Shown here: positions 49,602-62,315 of the stretch, piece after piece | Layout: every line of letters begins with the position of its first letter | Position numbering within the stretch: the first letter of the stretch is position 1 | Source of the DNA: Mytilus edulis | Lineage: Eukaryota | Direction of reading: 5' to 3' | DNA: 64,000 nt | NCBI RefSeq assembly: GCF_963676685.1 | Contig: NC_092346.1 | Span: 36,022,001 to 36,086,000, forward strand | Translations under genes and position numbers: made by a program | The notes under the pieces: model-generated | The model's database searches: none | What the model was told of the DNA's origin: nothing | What the model saw: the letters and a program-made list of their open reading frames with translations, nothing else

Positions 49602-50610
49602 AAAATTTCCATATAGGCTATTTTTTGCCTGATTAAATCAAAAATGTAATAAAAATATACCTTCATGTGCTACTTTTTGATTTAAATGAGGTCAAAATAT
49701 TGTATACTTACTCAAAATTCGGATTTGTGGCCGTATTTTCCCTTTCGAAAGAAAGCCATCACTGTTTTGTAAAAAACGTATTTTATTTGCTGTATATTCA
49801 TCAAAAATCATCAACAAATTGCACTATTTACAGTTTTATAAAATTTGGTCCACATAATCTCCCTGCAAAATGAAACAAAATGTCGTTTTAATCTTTTATT
49901 TTAAACATGCTTTGCATGATTGATCATTTATGAACAGTGTTTATTTTAATTCTGCTTTGCATGATTGATAATTATTTATCAGGCTTATGTAATACCGGAA
50001 TTAAAAAAAAAGGGTATAGACTTCAAAACAATTTGTCAGATATTGGCCAAGACCCATGGCAATATAAAAAAGTACGACGAAACGTGTTCATAGTCAACAG
50101 CACGACTCTTTTAGTAGTGTGTTACAGGATACTATAAAAAAAGGACCCAGTGTGTTACAGGATACTGTAAAAATAAAAAAGGCCTCCGTGAGAAAACTAA
50201 TTAATAGTCCAAATCAGACCAAAAAATATGTATTAATACTGCCTAATAGAGAAGAAAAACTTGGATTAAAAAATCCAATACTCACACAAAAGTTAATGAG
50301 TTCTACTATAGGTATTGTAAAAGACATTGGGTCAACTAGAACAGGTCATTTAATGGTAGCTTGATTTGATAAACACTAGTTCAGTCAATTATCTATAAAC
50401 CTAAAACAATTAGGACAATGGTCAGTAAATGTATTTCAGTCTTGATACTTACAACTAGACATTTGCGGAAACTAGGTCTATACCTTGGAGTACACTTTAT
50501 ACTTACGATTATTGGTGACAATAACAAGGGGTCATCTCAACAAACAATAACAAACAAACAACACAGAAACATGTACAAAAAAAATAATAAAAAGGTGTCT
50601 TCTATATTTA

Positions 50611-52063
50611 TGCTACAGGGAATTTGTATAATCAGGGGTTATGAAGAATCCCTGATTTTTTCAGGGATGATGTAGAATCACTAAAATCATTAGTGATTAT
50701 ACAGATTCCATGAAAATGACCAGTGATTTTACATAATCACTGATAATTTTAATTAGTATTGTACAAATTCCCTAATATGATTTCAGGGATTATCAATAAT
50801 TAAAAGCTCCAAAGAGGATGAAACAAATTAACATAGACAAATTATCGGTTTTTTTTCTTATTCCTTGAAAGTTTAAGTAAACAGTTTTCATTCCTGATCT
50901 ACTATGTGAATCTTAAGTGATGCGTTTTTTCCTTTATATTTTATATAAGTGTTGAACCTCATTATGTTTCTAACAAAAAAGATCGGCACAGGCACAGATG
51001 TTGCTTGGGTTGAAGAAAACGTATGCTCAAAAGTAAATGAAAATTGCAGAGGAAAAACAAAATGCAACATATATCTCAAACCAATTCCACTGGTGGTTCC
51101 AGGAAAGGGAGATAAAAAAATTAATGGTCATTATTCACAAAAAGATTGAAGAAGGATATCGCCTTGCCAAATAGTATGGACTCCTGCTGGTATCTTTAAT
51201 ACACGAAATCAGTTTGAGGTTGCTGATTTCCCTTCATTGGTACCTTCAGATATTTGTGCTGAAAACTCTATTTCTCTGAGACGTGCCGTAAAATATGATT
51301 CGATATGGAGGACAAGGTTTTTTAAATGTTGACATTGTGGTAAAAACAAATATGAATTTGGTAGATATACCTTTAGAAAAGCAGGGCAAATGTGTAATAG
51401 TCGATGCCATCCAAATCTAGTTTGTAAATAAAATGTTTGTTTTTAAAAATATTGTGCATAAAATTTCATTTATCGAAACGATTGTACGCATAAAAATAGT
51501 TTTAATGACAATTTCATTTTAATTCATATTTTCAACCTTAAAACAATTGCTAAAACAATACGATAAAAAGAATAATCATTATGCCATTTAATATTTTCAT
51601 ACTAACTTCCAAAAACCCGCCCTTGTGGGCTCGCTTGATATTATTAATACTGATACAGTCGGTATCAAAAAGGGCACGCTTTATACTAATACTGGTAAAA
51701 TCAGCATTAAAAACAAAACATCAATTATTCAATATATATTTTGCTTATCATTTAATTATATTGTGTTTAACATTTCAATATTTTGTGTCTTTCGTATTAA
51801 TATATTATGCCTGACGTTTTACAATATTAAGGTTATTAGTTTGATATAATACTGTTAACTTTTATTATATTTCAATATGTTATATATTTTAGTATTATTT
51901 TAGTTATTCTGTATAATACCTAACGTTTTTTCTAGTGATTATACATATTCCCTGAAAATTTGAGTAATTATATATAATCCCTAAACTAACAAGTGATTAT
52001 ACATAATCCTTGAACATTTTAGGGATTCTACATAATCCCTCATTATACAAATTCACTGTAACA
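50611..52063 (+). mobile_element. Ginger2-like DNA transposon remnant with TIRs and a degraded integrase C-terminus
   Basis: TIR TGCTACAGGGAATTTGTATAAT...ATTATACAAATTCACTGTAACA. Region ~51270-51432 reads, with shifts, ISLRRAVKYDSI.GGQGFFKC..CGKNK...KAGQMCNSRCHPNLVC, like the Cys-rich tail of KRBA2/Ginger2-type integrases. Confidence 0.65.
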
Positions 52064-54445
52064 TATATACGATTTAAGCAACACGTTAAAATTGCATGTG
52101 TCCGAAGCGCTTTTCTGGATTTACCATCAGGATCGCACAAAGCCGAATATTTGAAGACAATAATTCAAGGACCGAAGGTGTAGATAAATGTGTGATATAT
52201 TTATTATAAGCAGGAGCAATAAACTTTCCCCGCAAACAGAGTCCTTTTAATGCAATGTTTAGTATAAGAAATCATCAAAAATATTGTTCAGAGGACACTC
52301 TACAAACAGTTTCATTTGAAATAATAATATGTGTGTAGTTTTTGTTTTGCACGAATACAACATGACTTTGTATTCGCAACTGTTGCCTTGCCGACTTGAA
52401 TAGATTGTGATTGTTATGACAATTGCTTTTCGGCTGCTACTCTATTACATTATATTTTTTTTTATCTATAACAGTCAATCTAAAAAAATTGCGTATAAAC
52501 TTTGTGTTGAAATAAACAGCGACACAATGAGAGATCACAGGCTGTTCCGGGTGTTGGAACACTCCATTTCTTGCCAATCAATGCTTTTGAATAGGGACAT
52601 ATGGTCGGATCCCCTCCCCCTTATCTCGGGTTGGAATCCCCGTTTAGAGATTGCTGAATCAATTCCTGCGTCGTCAGTGCACTCTATATTACAATTCTAT
52701 GAAAATAGGACAAGTCTCGGAACAGGGATAAAAGCTCATGTTTCGAGGATACCAGTCCCACCCATGTTCATCGGGGATAATTATCGACACCGCTAGAAAA
52801 AAACCGTCTATATTAAATGATTTTCAAGATCTCTATTATAATAAATGCATAAACGAAAAACAACTTGACACTCGTTTGTCATGTTTTTGTGTTGTTGCTG
52901 TAGACATAGATAGCAAAGTTTTAACTATTTTAGTACACCTATTCTTGCATTTCAACTAGGTCTAGCGAACTTTCTAAAAATAAAGGAGAAGTTCGTTGAT
53001 AACTGATTTTTTTTCTCTCGAAAAGTTTTGATTTCAAAGTCATACCGAACGGCAAGAGAAATGTCATAAAGAATTAATAGCTCAAAAACACCCGTCCGCT
53101 GTATTTCAACATTTTCTTTTAAACTAAATAAAAGAGAGAAAGTATGTCTTAGCATCAACATGCTTACATCCTCCATGGTTGATTGCACCTTAACTAACAC
53201 AAAGTATTGCTGACTTTTTTCAACAATTGTCACAATCTATCTACTGCAACGACAATTGCGATAGTTTGTGGGTCTCATATTTAATTAATTTTTAAAACGA
53301 TGTTACTTCATTCTATCATGCGTCGTACAATTACATCATCTTCAACTTAGATAACACACTATAAATAAATAATGTTGACACATTGCTGCACATATATTAT
53401 TTGGATCGACGATTTATTTTAACACTTTGAGAAAGCCCAAAATTTAAATGCTACCTGTAGGTGTAATTGCAATCCTAATCGTAGGTGTATGACAGTTTCC
53501 GCAAATGTCTACTTCTCGTTCAATCAAGTTGCTTGAATTTGCCTTTTAATTTTCATAGTACATACTTTTACCGTGTACTAAGAAACTTCGCATGAATGAC
53601 CACAAGGGTAAGATTTCATTGTATCGTAATCAAGATATTGAAATAAAAATTGCTACTGGCTATTTTGAAAAAAAATGTTGTGTTCCAAAATTAAACTAAA
53701 TAGTTTGTAATTAGTTTTCAAATTACTTTTTAAACATCTTACTATTAAATCTGTGGATCTTGAAGTGTTTTTGAGGATTAAAAGTTAATTTCATTTAGAT
53801 CAAGAGTAACAAATATGGTTCTTTATACCTTGATTAGAGTACAATGCCATCTAAAATTGTAATTATTTATGTAATTTCTTTGTACCCAAAAAAAGTGTGA
53901 ACCATCAAACCTTGTGAAGGGAAATTAAAGCAATTTGATCTATTTCGTCATGAATTGATTGATTATTGGTTGCTAATGTCCAGTGACCGATATTTCTAGC
54001 ATATTACTATCCACTAGATTACATATGGGTATATACCAGGGGAAGATCCATCCGTTTTTTCAAAAGGGGTTATAACCCTAGATTAAGGGGAAGGAGGGCC
54101 AACTGTATGTCCTAATTGATAAGCATTGATCATCACAAAAAAGAGCGTTTTCAACCACCCCCTTTTTGGATCTGCCACTGCAAACTATCTATATGTTTCA
54201 AAACTTATCACAGTTTTAGTTTTTATATAAAATTGATAAATGTTTGCAAGAATGTAAAGCTTCCACTGCAATTGAATAATTGCCTGCTTTGGGTCAATTT
54301 ATTTTTCTATCTTACCATGTAAAGAATGACATGTATAGTAAAACACTGCTTTATATAAATAAACGTACTTACACCAGGAGATACCATCTTTTAATTCTGA
54401 GGTCAATTGCCTTTTGAAATCACATATTGTATTGTACAATGATAA

Positions 54446-54871
54446 TAGAGGTCGGTCATTTACAAACGTATCAACCGTATCGTAGACGTTGACGTATCCG
54501 CATCTGCAGATATATCAAAAATTATTATGTGATCCCGAGCTTATTAATAAGAACATGTTTCATTTAAACAAAACTAATTGGAATCTCTTCGAAACAATCA
54601 AACATACACTTTCAATATTTGTTATAGTGGTGTTTTGTAAAAAAAATTAAGGGGTTATATCAACTACTTTAACATTCCCTTAAAACGGAGCCAATGTAGG
54701 GTAGGTACACGATATATCACAAGCACAGTAGTCAGCACTTTTTGTGCTGACATAAATTATCATTGATATTGTTATATTTATAAATTAACTGTTTAAAAAA
54801 ATTTGATTTTTTTTTAAATACCTAGGCTTTTCTATCTCAGGCATATATTACCTTTGCTGTATTTGGCAACA

Positions 54872-54910
<39 letters not shown>

Positions 54911-55494
54911 TTGGATTCGAGCGTCACTGATGAGTCTTTTGTAGAAAAAACGCGCGTGTGGCGTATATATAAAATTTAGTTCTGGTATCTATGATGAGTT
55001 TATTCGTTTATCCTTTAATAATCTAGTTAAAAAAATATTTCAAGATCGTATATGAATATACACAAAACAAATCAAATGTACTACTTATACATGTAAGGGA
55101 CTTTGAATATTGTTCATTTACGATTTTATCGAAAAAGGTAATAGAAAAGTACTCAGTATCACTCTATTAGTCAATTAACAATTTTGTTCTACGTGAGCAC
55201 ATGTTCATACACAAATAAACGATTTTACCGTATTCACTCCTATCATACATGTAAACTGTTTCAACTACCCGGAATATCTTTAAAAAGTCGGGTAACAAAT
55301 TCCACAAAAACTCGATATTTTCTAATTGTTTTGTAAAATTTCTGCATTAGAAGTTTATCAGTCTTCCATTTGCATTATAGAAAGTACATAAAATTAAAGC
55401 TCGGGATCATATACTGTTTTTTTGGTATATCTGCAGATGCAGATACGTCAACGTATATGATACGATTGATACGTCTTTAAATGACCGAACTCTA
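54446..55494. mobile_element. ~1.05-kb non-autonomous TIR element (TAGAG...CTCTA ends, ~100-bp imperfect TIRs)
   Basis: TAGAGGTCGGTCATTTA...CATCTGCAGATATA...GATCCCGAGCTT is mirrored at 55398-55494. Contains a decayed hammerhead repeat at ~54725-55000. Confidence 0.8.
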
Positions 55495-55495
55495 T

Positions 55496-56128
55496 TAGAG
55501 CATTTGCATAAATCAAGTATTTGCTGGCGTATCCGTATCGACGTATCGTATAACACGTATATGGGGAAAGGACAAATAAAGTCAAGTTGGTCCCGATGAA
55601 AATATTATATAATGCATTTATTTTAATTGAGATCGGGGTAAACTCATTTTTGTAAACAAATCTAGTAGAGCATTTGCATTAATCACGTATCAGGATACGT
55701 GCACGGATCGACGTATACGTATCGAACAGATTTGCTTAAAGTAATGATTTTATCCTGATCTCAATTAAAATTTAATGCATTATAAAATATTTTCATCGGG
55801 ACCAACTAGCCTTAATTTATTATTTCCTCATATACGTTTTATACGATACGTCGATACGGATACGCCAGCAAATACTTGATTAATGCAAATGCTCTACTAG
55901 AGCATTTGCATTATTCACGTATCAGGATACGTGCATGGATCGACGTATACGTATCGGGTAGATTTGCTTACAATAATGATTTTACCCCGAGCTTAATAAA
56001 ATTTTAAGGCATTATGAAATATTTTCATTTGGACCAGCTAGCCTTAATTTATCCTTTCCTCATATACGTGTAATACGATACGACGATACGGATACGCCAG
56101 CAAATACTTGATTAATGCAAATGCTCTA
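55496..56128. mobile_element. Cluster of 231-bp MITEs: partial (+) 55496-55664, full (-) 55666-55896, full (-) 55898-56128
   Basis: TIR TAGAGCATTTGCATTA/TAATGCAAATGCTCTA, copies separated by a single base. Confidence 0.9.
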
Positions 56129-56599
56129 AAATAGAGCATTTGCATTAATCAAGTATTTGCTGGCGTATCCATATCGACGTATCGTATAACACGTATATAA
56201 GGAAAGAATAAATTAAGTCATGTTGGTCCCGATGAAGATATCTTATAATGCACAAAATACAATAGTAAGGAGAATCAATCATATATAAAAGTCACACGTT
56301 AGGATGAAAAATTGTGTCCTGCCTTTTTTTTAATTTGTAATCTCTGTCCTGCCTTTTTATTTTTCAGTCTATTCGGTCCTGCCTTTTTTTTTTCTTAGCT
56401 TATCCTGACCTTTTTACAACATTTGTCATCCTGACTTTTTTTTGCCAAGTTACTCATCCTGCCTTTTTTTTTTACTCAAAATCCTGTCCTGCCTTTTTTC
56501 AAATTTCATCCTAGCCCCCCCCCCCCCCCCCCCCCCCCCCATAAAAATCAAATGGTAGCTCCCTAAACCCAATATGAAATTAAATAAACAAATTGGTTC

Positions 56600-58330
56600 T
56601 TCGGGCCGCAAGAGCTGCACAAAAACAAACAATCCTACTAAGAGTATCCCTATAATGTCTATACAAAGTTCCAACAACTCTGAAAAGTTTGAGTAACCGA
56701 ATAACATGCTCTACATAGACACGATACTTCCTCACTACACGATTAAAATGTCTTAAACTTCGTCTACGGGCAAACGAACGTCGATTGATTTGAGCTGAAA
56801 AAATGGTGTTATGAGGGGATGTCTAGATGGATATATGCAGTCGCCAAGTAAAAACAGTTTAGCGGAATAGGGAGCTGTCCATGTTCGGAAATCTCCGACA
56901 TAAGAGCAAACGAGTGAGCATCGTTGGTATGTCCTAAAAATCCAGACTCTACATGTCTTATTCGCAATTCATTGTCAATAACAACTTGCGTATGTATACA
57001 ATGATATCGACGATGACCTCTGTAATACATCTGTTGTATTCCGTTGTTCGGGCGATATATTTCGTGCGAGGTACCATTTATACAACCGTCGACCTTGGGA
57101 ATATGTCTCCATCTTCACCGCATACCCAACCATTCTTCGTTGCTTGGCCAAGTAATAGTATGGCATAAATGGGCCGCAGGTAATTGCCAGGTTGCGTGAA
57201 CAATTCGTGATGTTTGGGAAATGCTTAAGTCAAAGATCAGAGAAAGTTGATTTATCAATGGGTAGAGTGGGGTGCTCATTTTCGCCACATCTTTTCATGT
57301 TTTCTACAGTTTATGTTCAGGTCTATATGTTTTTGAAGTATACTAATATTTCTATAGGAAGATAACTTCAAATGCAAAATATTCTTAAGCTTGAAAACGT
57401 GTTTGTTTGAATATAATCATCTGAAAAGTTAGATTAAAGGGTGTTTGAAATTTCCTGATTTTTTTTCAATGGGGGACACATATTCGCCGTTTTTACACAT
57501 CTATTTAAAACCAAATAACCACAGCTTTAAACAACATTGATCAAATCAATTTCATTATAGATGAATATCAGACATTTCAAAGGTGTTAAGAACTGAAATT
57601 TAGAGTATTCAGTCAAAAAATTAATTAGAAATACTTCTTTGAATTCATGTTTTTTCTTCAGGAAATTGGCCGAAAATCGTTGTCCGTTTTTCGGTCCTTT
57701 TCAGTAGGTGCCGCAATTTTGTCTCTGTTTTAAAAACAAATAATCATATTTGTTATTTAATATCATTTACCAGTATATGTCTTCCATTTCAGTCATCCTT
57801 TGAAGTTTTTACACCTCAAAATCATAAAACGGCGAAATTGTGTCCCCGGCGAATATGGGCGCCCCACTCTATGATTTCAACCACATAAATGTCATCAACA
57901 ACTGATTTCGGCGATCAATCCGGGAGGGTCTACATCGGGAATTAGGAACCATATTATTTTGATAAAATGAGAAATAAATATCTAAAAATGTTTCTGGTGT
58001 TTCTTCTGTCGAATTATAGAATTGGCGACGTCGTAGAATTAATTACCCAAACACATTTCTCCCCTTGCGGTGTGGAGATGGAGAATCATTCCAAAATAAA
58101 TAAATTTCTTGAATTTGTCATTGAACGTTCAGGTGGAGCTAACGGTAATCATCGAAAACAATTCATTCAAATCTACATAAATAGGCGCTGAAAAGTTTCG
58201 GAGCATTTCAAGGATTTGCATAACGAAGTCCATAACGGCATCATTTCTAGAAGAAAAATAATTTATAGAAGAAAGAATGCAGAAGGAACCAAAATATAAC
58301 AAAAACCATTCTACGTTGATCCTAAACAAT
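56600..58330 (-). pseudogene. Degraded Harbinger/HARBI1-type transposase (HTH + DDE)
   Basis: Joined across an insertion and frameshifts: ETPETFLDI...RNQLLMTFMWLKSY|PLINQLSLIFDLSISQTSRIVH...ITWPSNEEW...GCINGTSHEIYRP...YYRGHRRYHCIHTQVVIDN...GFLGHTNDA...FNRVVRKYRVYVEHVI. Ends are approximate. Confidence 0.85.
57265..57869. mobile_element. TIR MITE with TA target duplication inserted in the transposase
   Basis: TA|GAGTGGGGTGCTCATTTTCGCC...GGCGAATATGGGCGCCCCACTC|TA. Removing it restores the codons TCA TAC CCA on the minus strand. Confidence 0.85.
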
Positions 58331-59117
58331 AAGGAAAATGTAAATACACATTATAAAATAGTCTATAAAACACACACATAGCTTTTATGTTCTTAATCTC
58401 TCTGATCAAAATATATTTGTATTCGCAGTTGTAAAAAAAATGGGGCATTAAATTGAGCGTTTTGATACTTTTTTTTTCGGAATCGAGTACACCTATCATT
58501 CTTAAATATGACATATGAGGCTCTAAATGTTAACTGTGTGTGAGTGTTTGAGTTGATCGATATATATTGAAGAAGTTATAAAAATCCGAGTTTATAATAA
58601 AGAAAATATTTTACTAGCGATACATACTCCAATTTTTTCGTACGAAAAGATCCTGGATTTATGGTAGTGTTTGACAAAAGTTAGAAACTGTCCTCGTGCG
58701 CCCATTTTACACGTATCCGCGTACGTATCAGAAACTGTCACAACGAGTGCACCTTACAGACGTAGACAACTTGAAAAATGTCAAATAAAGATATGCGTAT
58801 GTATTTTATGTATTAACTGTTCTTTTTTACGATTTTTATGTATTATATGTATTATACTTAACAATATAAAAGTAAATAGTACTTACCATAATTGGTGCTA
58901 AATACAGTTTCAAGTGAAGAAAAGGTGTGCTGGACTTAATTGACACTCTCAGTCCAATTCAGTTTTCGAGTTGGACAACCCCAACCCCTTTTTCCGGAAA
59001 TTTGTATTTCATTTTTGTTTCTATTTTGTATCACATAATAAAAAAAACTCTTCTGTCTCTATCGTCTTTCATTATCGATGAATTAAAAATGACTCCACAA
59101 ATTAATCATATTATTTA

Positions 59118-59406
59118 GGCAGTAACCATTTGATTTTCTGGGGGGCTATGGATTTTTTTTCTGGACAAACTTTTTTTTCGCCTTCAGCGAAAGACAATCT
59201 ATTTTTTTTGGCGACAAGTCGAAAACAATGTTTTTCTTTCATTTTTAGCATGACATATAGTGGCAGCTGAGGGTGAAACAAACAATTTTTTTTTCTCAGG
59301 GTCAAAAACATTTTTTTTTTCTTTTCAAAAACTGGAAACAAACTTTTTTTCCAAAAAAAAAACCATAGCCCCCCCCCCCCCCTCCATAAATCAAATGGTT
59401 GCTGCC
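59118..59406. mobile_element. Tourist/Harbinger-like MITE with TTA TSD
   Basis: TTA|GGCAGTAACCATTTGATTT...AAATCAAATGGTTGCTGCC|TTA. A related right end occurs at ~56300-56565. Confidence 0.8.
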
Positions 59407-61168
59407 TTAAAAGGGAGCGAGTTGCATTTTTCTAAAAACCCTGATCTTCGAAATAGCATACAGGGGACGGAAGCATGATTGCTATTTAGAGGTGCGCGCT
59501 CATGGAAAATATACATGTTGGATAAAAAAAAAAAATAGGAAAATAATAAAACAAGAAAAAAACTAAACAAATAAGGATTAAATTTTTCTGATAGGGAAAG
59601 CGGGGACGCAATCCTTCAACGCCCTGACTTGAATATCCGCAAAAGTAGTAGTTTTTGTTTTTTACACTGTAACGATTGAAAAATACATAAAAGAGATGAA
59701 CATTTATTAGTAGAAAACAGGAAAATAAACTATCCAAGCAACATGCCAGTTACGTATACACCAATGAAACGGTTAGTCCCATTATTTGGACATTGTGAAA
59801 AGTAAACCATTATAGGTCAAGGTACCGTCTTAAACAGGAAGCCTAGGCTCACATCAAAAAGCAAGCTACAAAGGGCTCCAACAATTAAAACCATTCAAAC
59901 GGGAAAACAAACGTTCCAATTCAGAAAAAAAAACTATACAAACGATGATCACATACAAACCACATAAACAGACAACAACCACTAAACACTAGATTCCTGA
60001 CATAGTACAGGTGCAAATAATTGCTGCGGAATTAAACGGTTTAATGATACCAAACCTTCTCCCTATCCTGAAACAATAGTATTATATCACACAACATAGA
60101 AATACCCCTTTGTATGATATATTGTGCTTGCTGCATTTGGTATTTATGTGTTTAAGCTGCCTCATCCGTCAGACGGAGCATCCGTTTCGAAAGAATGGAA
60201 CTTCTCCTTATAGCAAGGGGGTACAGGAACCACAATGGTTCTTTCGATGATATCATAGCAGACATCAAAGAAAATGTCCATCTACTGTCTCCCGCTCTTA
60301 GAGAGCTATATCTGAATTACCAGCTTAAAAAGGCGAAGCAAAGGATAAGAGAAAAATTTTCAAGAATGATATGCCAGCTCCAGACCTCAATAAGATAATA
60401 CCATTATTATGTTTAGCATATGTTTTCCTTTTTAAACTGAAAGAATGTGTAGAATATACAAATGATGTTACAGATCAGCCACTTTTTTTTTTAAAGATAA
60501 AGATAAAGCGTACAAAAATGAAGCCCTGCATACCCCAATCAATACCCTTGTGTCGAAATAACTTTAAATAGCTGGAATTTAGGGTTAGCAAGTACAGAAA
60601 CAGATTGAAATATTAACTAGGGTAGTAAAGCAAAAAAAAACATAACATGTGTAGCAATTAGTGGTGGATCCAGATTTTCTTTTAGATGGGAGATCGATAC
60701 TGGGGATAGTCTCGCTTAGTTTTACGATATTATAAGCAGTTCGAAAATGGGGCCAGGACCATAGAATTCCATAAGAATTTTAAATAAATCCCAGATAAGA
60801 GACACAGGGTCCTTTGTGCCCCCTCTTAACTCGCCTCTGGCAATAAACACACTTTTATTTACACAAAATGTTCCTGTAATTTTTTGTAACCAAGGTGTGC
60901 TCGATTTGATTCTTTCATATTTGTATATGAAAAAGATACACTTCTCACACACGGTTATTAAACACGAAGCATGTATGTTCCAGGTCTAATAAATTCAATT
61001 AGTATTTAGTGTTTTAACTATATATCAACAACATTTGGTTCATGTTTTACATATGTTTAGTTTTTTAATTGAGGTCGGAACTAAAACATTATTTTATACA
61101 AATCTGCCCGATACGTATACGTCGATCCGTGCACGTATCCTGATACGTGAATAATGCAAATGCTCTAT

Positions 61169-61399
61169 TAGAGCATTTGCATTAATCAAGTATTTGCTGG
61201 CGTATCCGTATCGACGTATCGTATAACACGTATATGAGGAAAGGGTAATTTAAGGCTAGCTGGTCCCGATGAAGATATTTCATAATGCCTTAAAATTTTA
61301 TTGAGATCGGGGTAAAATCATTATTGTTAGCAAATCTACCCGATACGTATACGTCGATCCGTGCACGTATCCTGATACGTGACTAATGCAAATGCTCTA
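61169..61399 (+). mobile_element. 231-bp MITE, full copy abutting the right end of the 5-kb element
   Basis: Same TIRs and body as 55666-55896. Confidence 0.9.
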
Positions 61400-62252
61400 C
61401 TAGTAGTGAGTAGATTTACAAAATTACGTAAATGAGCTACACCTAGTCAGTCAAAACATATCAATAAACAAATTACAGGATTACTCAAGTTATAAATATG
61501 TGCTGAATTGGATAGTGTATAGAAAGGTATATAATATGAAATTAAGAGCTCGGCAGTGAGTATATTTTACCAATGTCAATGTTGTTTTGCATATTCCTAT
61601 TAAATCAATGGGTTAATATATGTGCATCAGCATGTCAAGGTTGACCGTATCATGTATTCATATTACAAACAAAAAATACGTCATGATCCTTGTATGCAGT
61701 TGTCAATATGGAAGGGTATGAGACGGACGACATATTTTGGCAAGCGTTGGATTTGGTAGAAGAGACCAAAGATAAAGATAATAGTATAACCCAATGTACT
61801 TACCTTTATCAGTTTAATAAAGGTAATCATAACTATATTTTTTATCTTACGGTTTTATAGAGAAATTTTTTTTTTCTCGAGAATAAACACGGTGGGTATG
61901 GTTGTCCTGCGAGAGAACGTACTGTGTTGGTGATTTGGTCCTGACGGGTGCTGGTGGGTCCTGATTCTGTGCTGGTGGGTTTGTTTACATTGTATCAGAA
62001 CGGCAATAAAACGACTGTTTTGTTGCTTAATTTTTCTCTGATGTGTCATAAGTACCATGCAAAGTATATTACAACAATATTATATTGCAAAAGTCGTGCA
62101 AGTTCGTTAAACGGAATTGTCCTGACGCTGTGCTGGTGATAAGAATAATGGTCCTGTTTCTGTGCTTCTATGTCCTGGTTCTGTGCTTCTATGTCCTGGT
62201 TCTGTGCTTTTATATTTTAGTTAAAACTGGCATATATTCAAGATCATTGATG

Positions 62253-62315
62253 ATCTCGTCCTGAATATGCATGAAATATTTGCCACTGGACGTTAAGCAA
62301 CCAACAATCAATCAA
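62253..62315 (+). mobile_element. 5'-truncated SINE/LINE 3' end with (CAAT)n tail and 15-bp TSD
   Basis: TCAAGATCATTGATG at 62238-62252 and 62316-62330 flanks ...GCCACTGGACGTTAAGCAACCAACAATCAATCAA. Confidence 0.75.

Larger units (their letters stand above)
56132..61167. mobile_element. Decayed ~5-kb PIF/Harbinger-group (PHIS) transposon, probable parent family of the 231-bp MITE
   Basis: Left ~120 bp equals the MITE left end and right ~70 bp equals the MITE right end. A DDE_Tnp_4-type transposase remnant lies inside. Confidence 0.7.

Noticed and set aside
52407-54322. Short ORFs of 68-129 aa
   Set aside because: No motifs, low-complexity AT-rich composition, and partial overlap with MITE fragments.
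61920-62212. Degenerate 21-bp repeats (GTCCTGGTTCTGTGCTTCTAT)
   Set aside because: A short minisatellite, probably subterminal repeats of an unrecognised element, with too little evidence to call.
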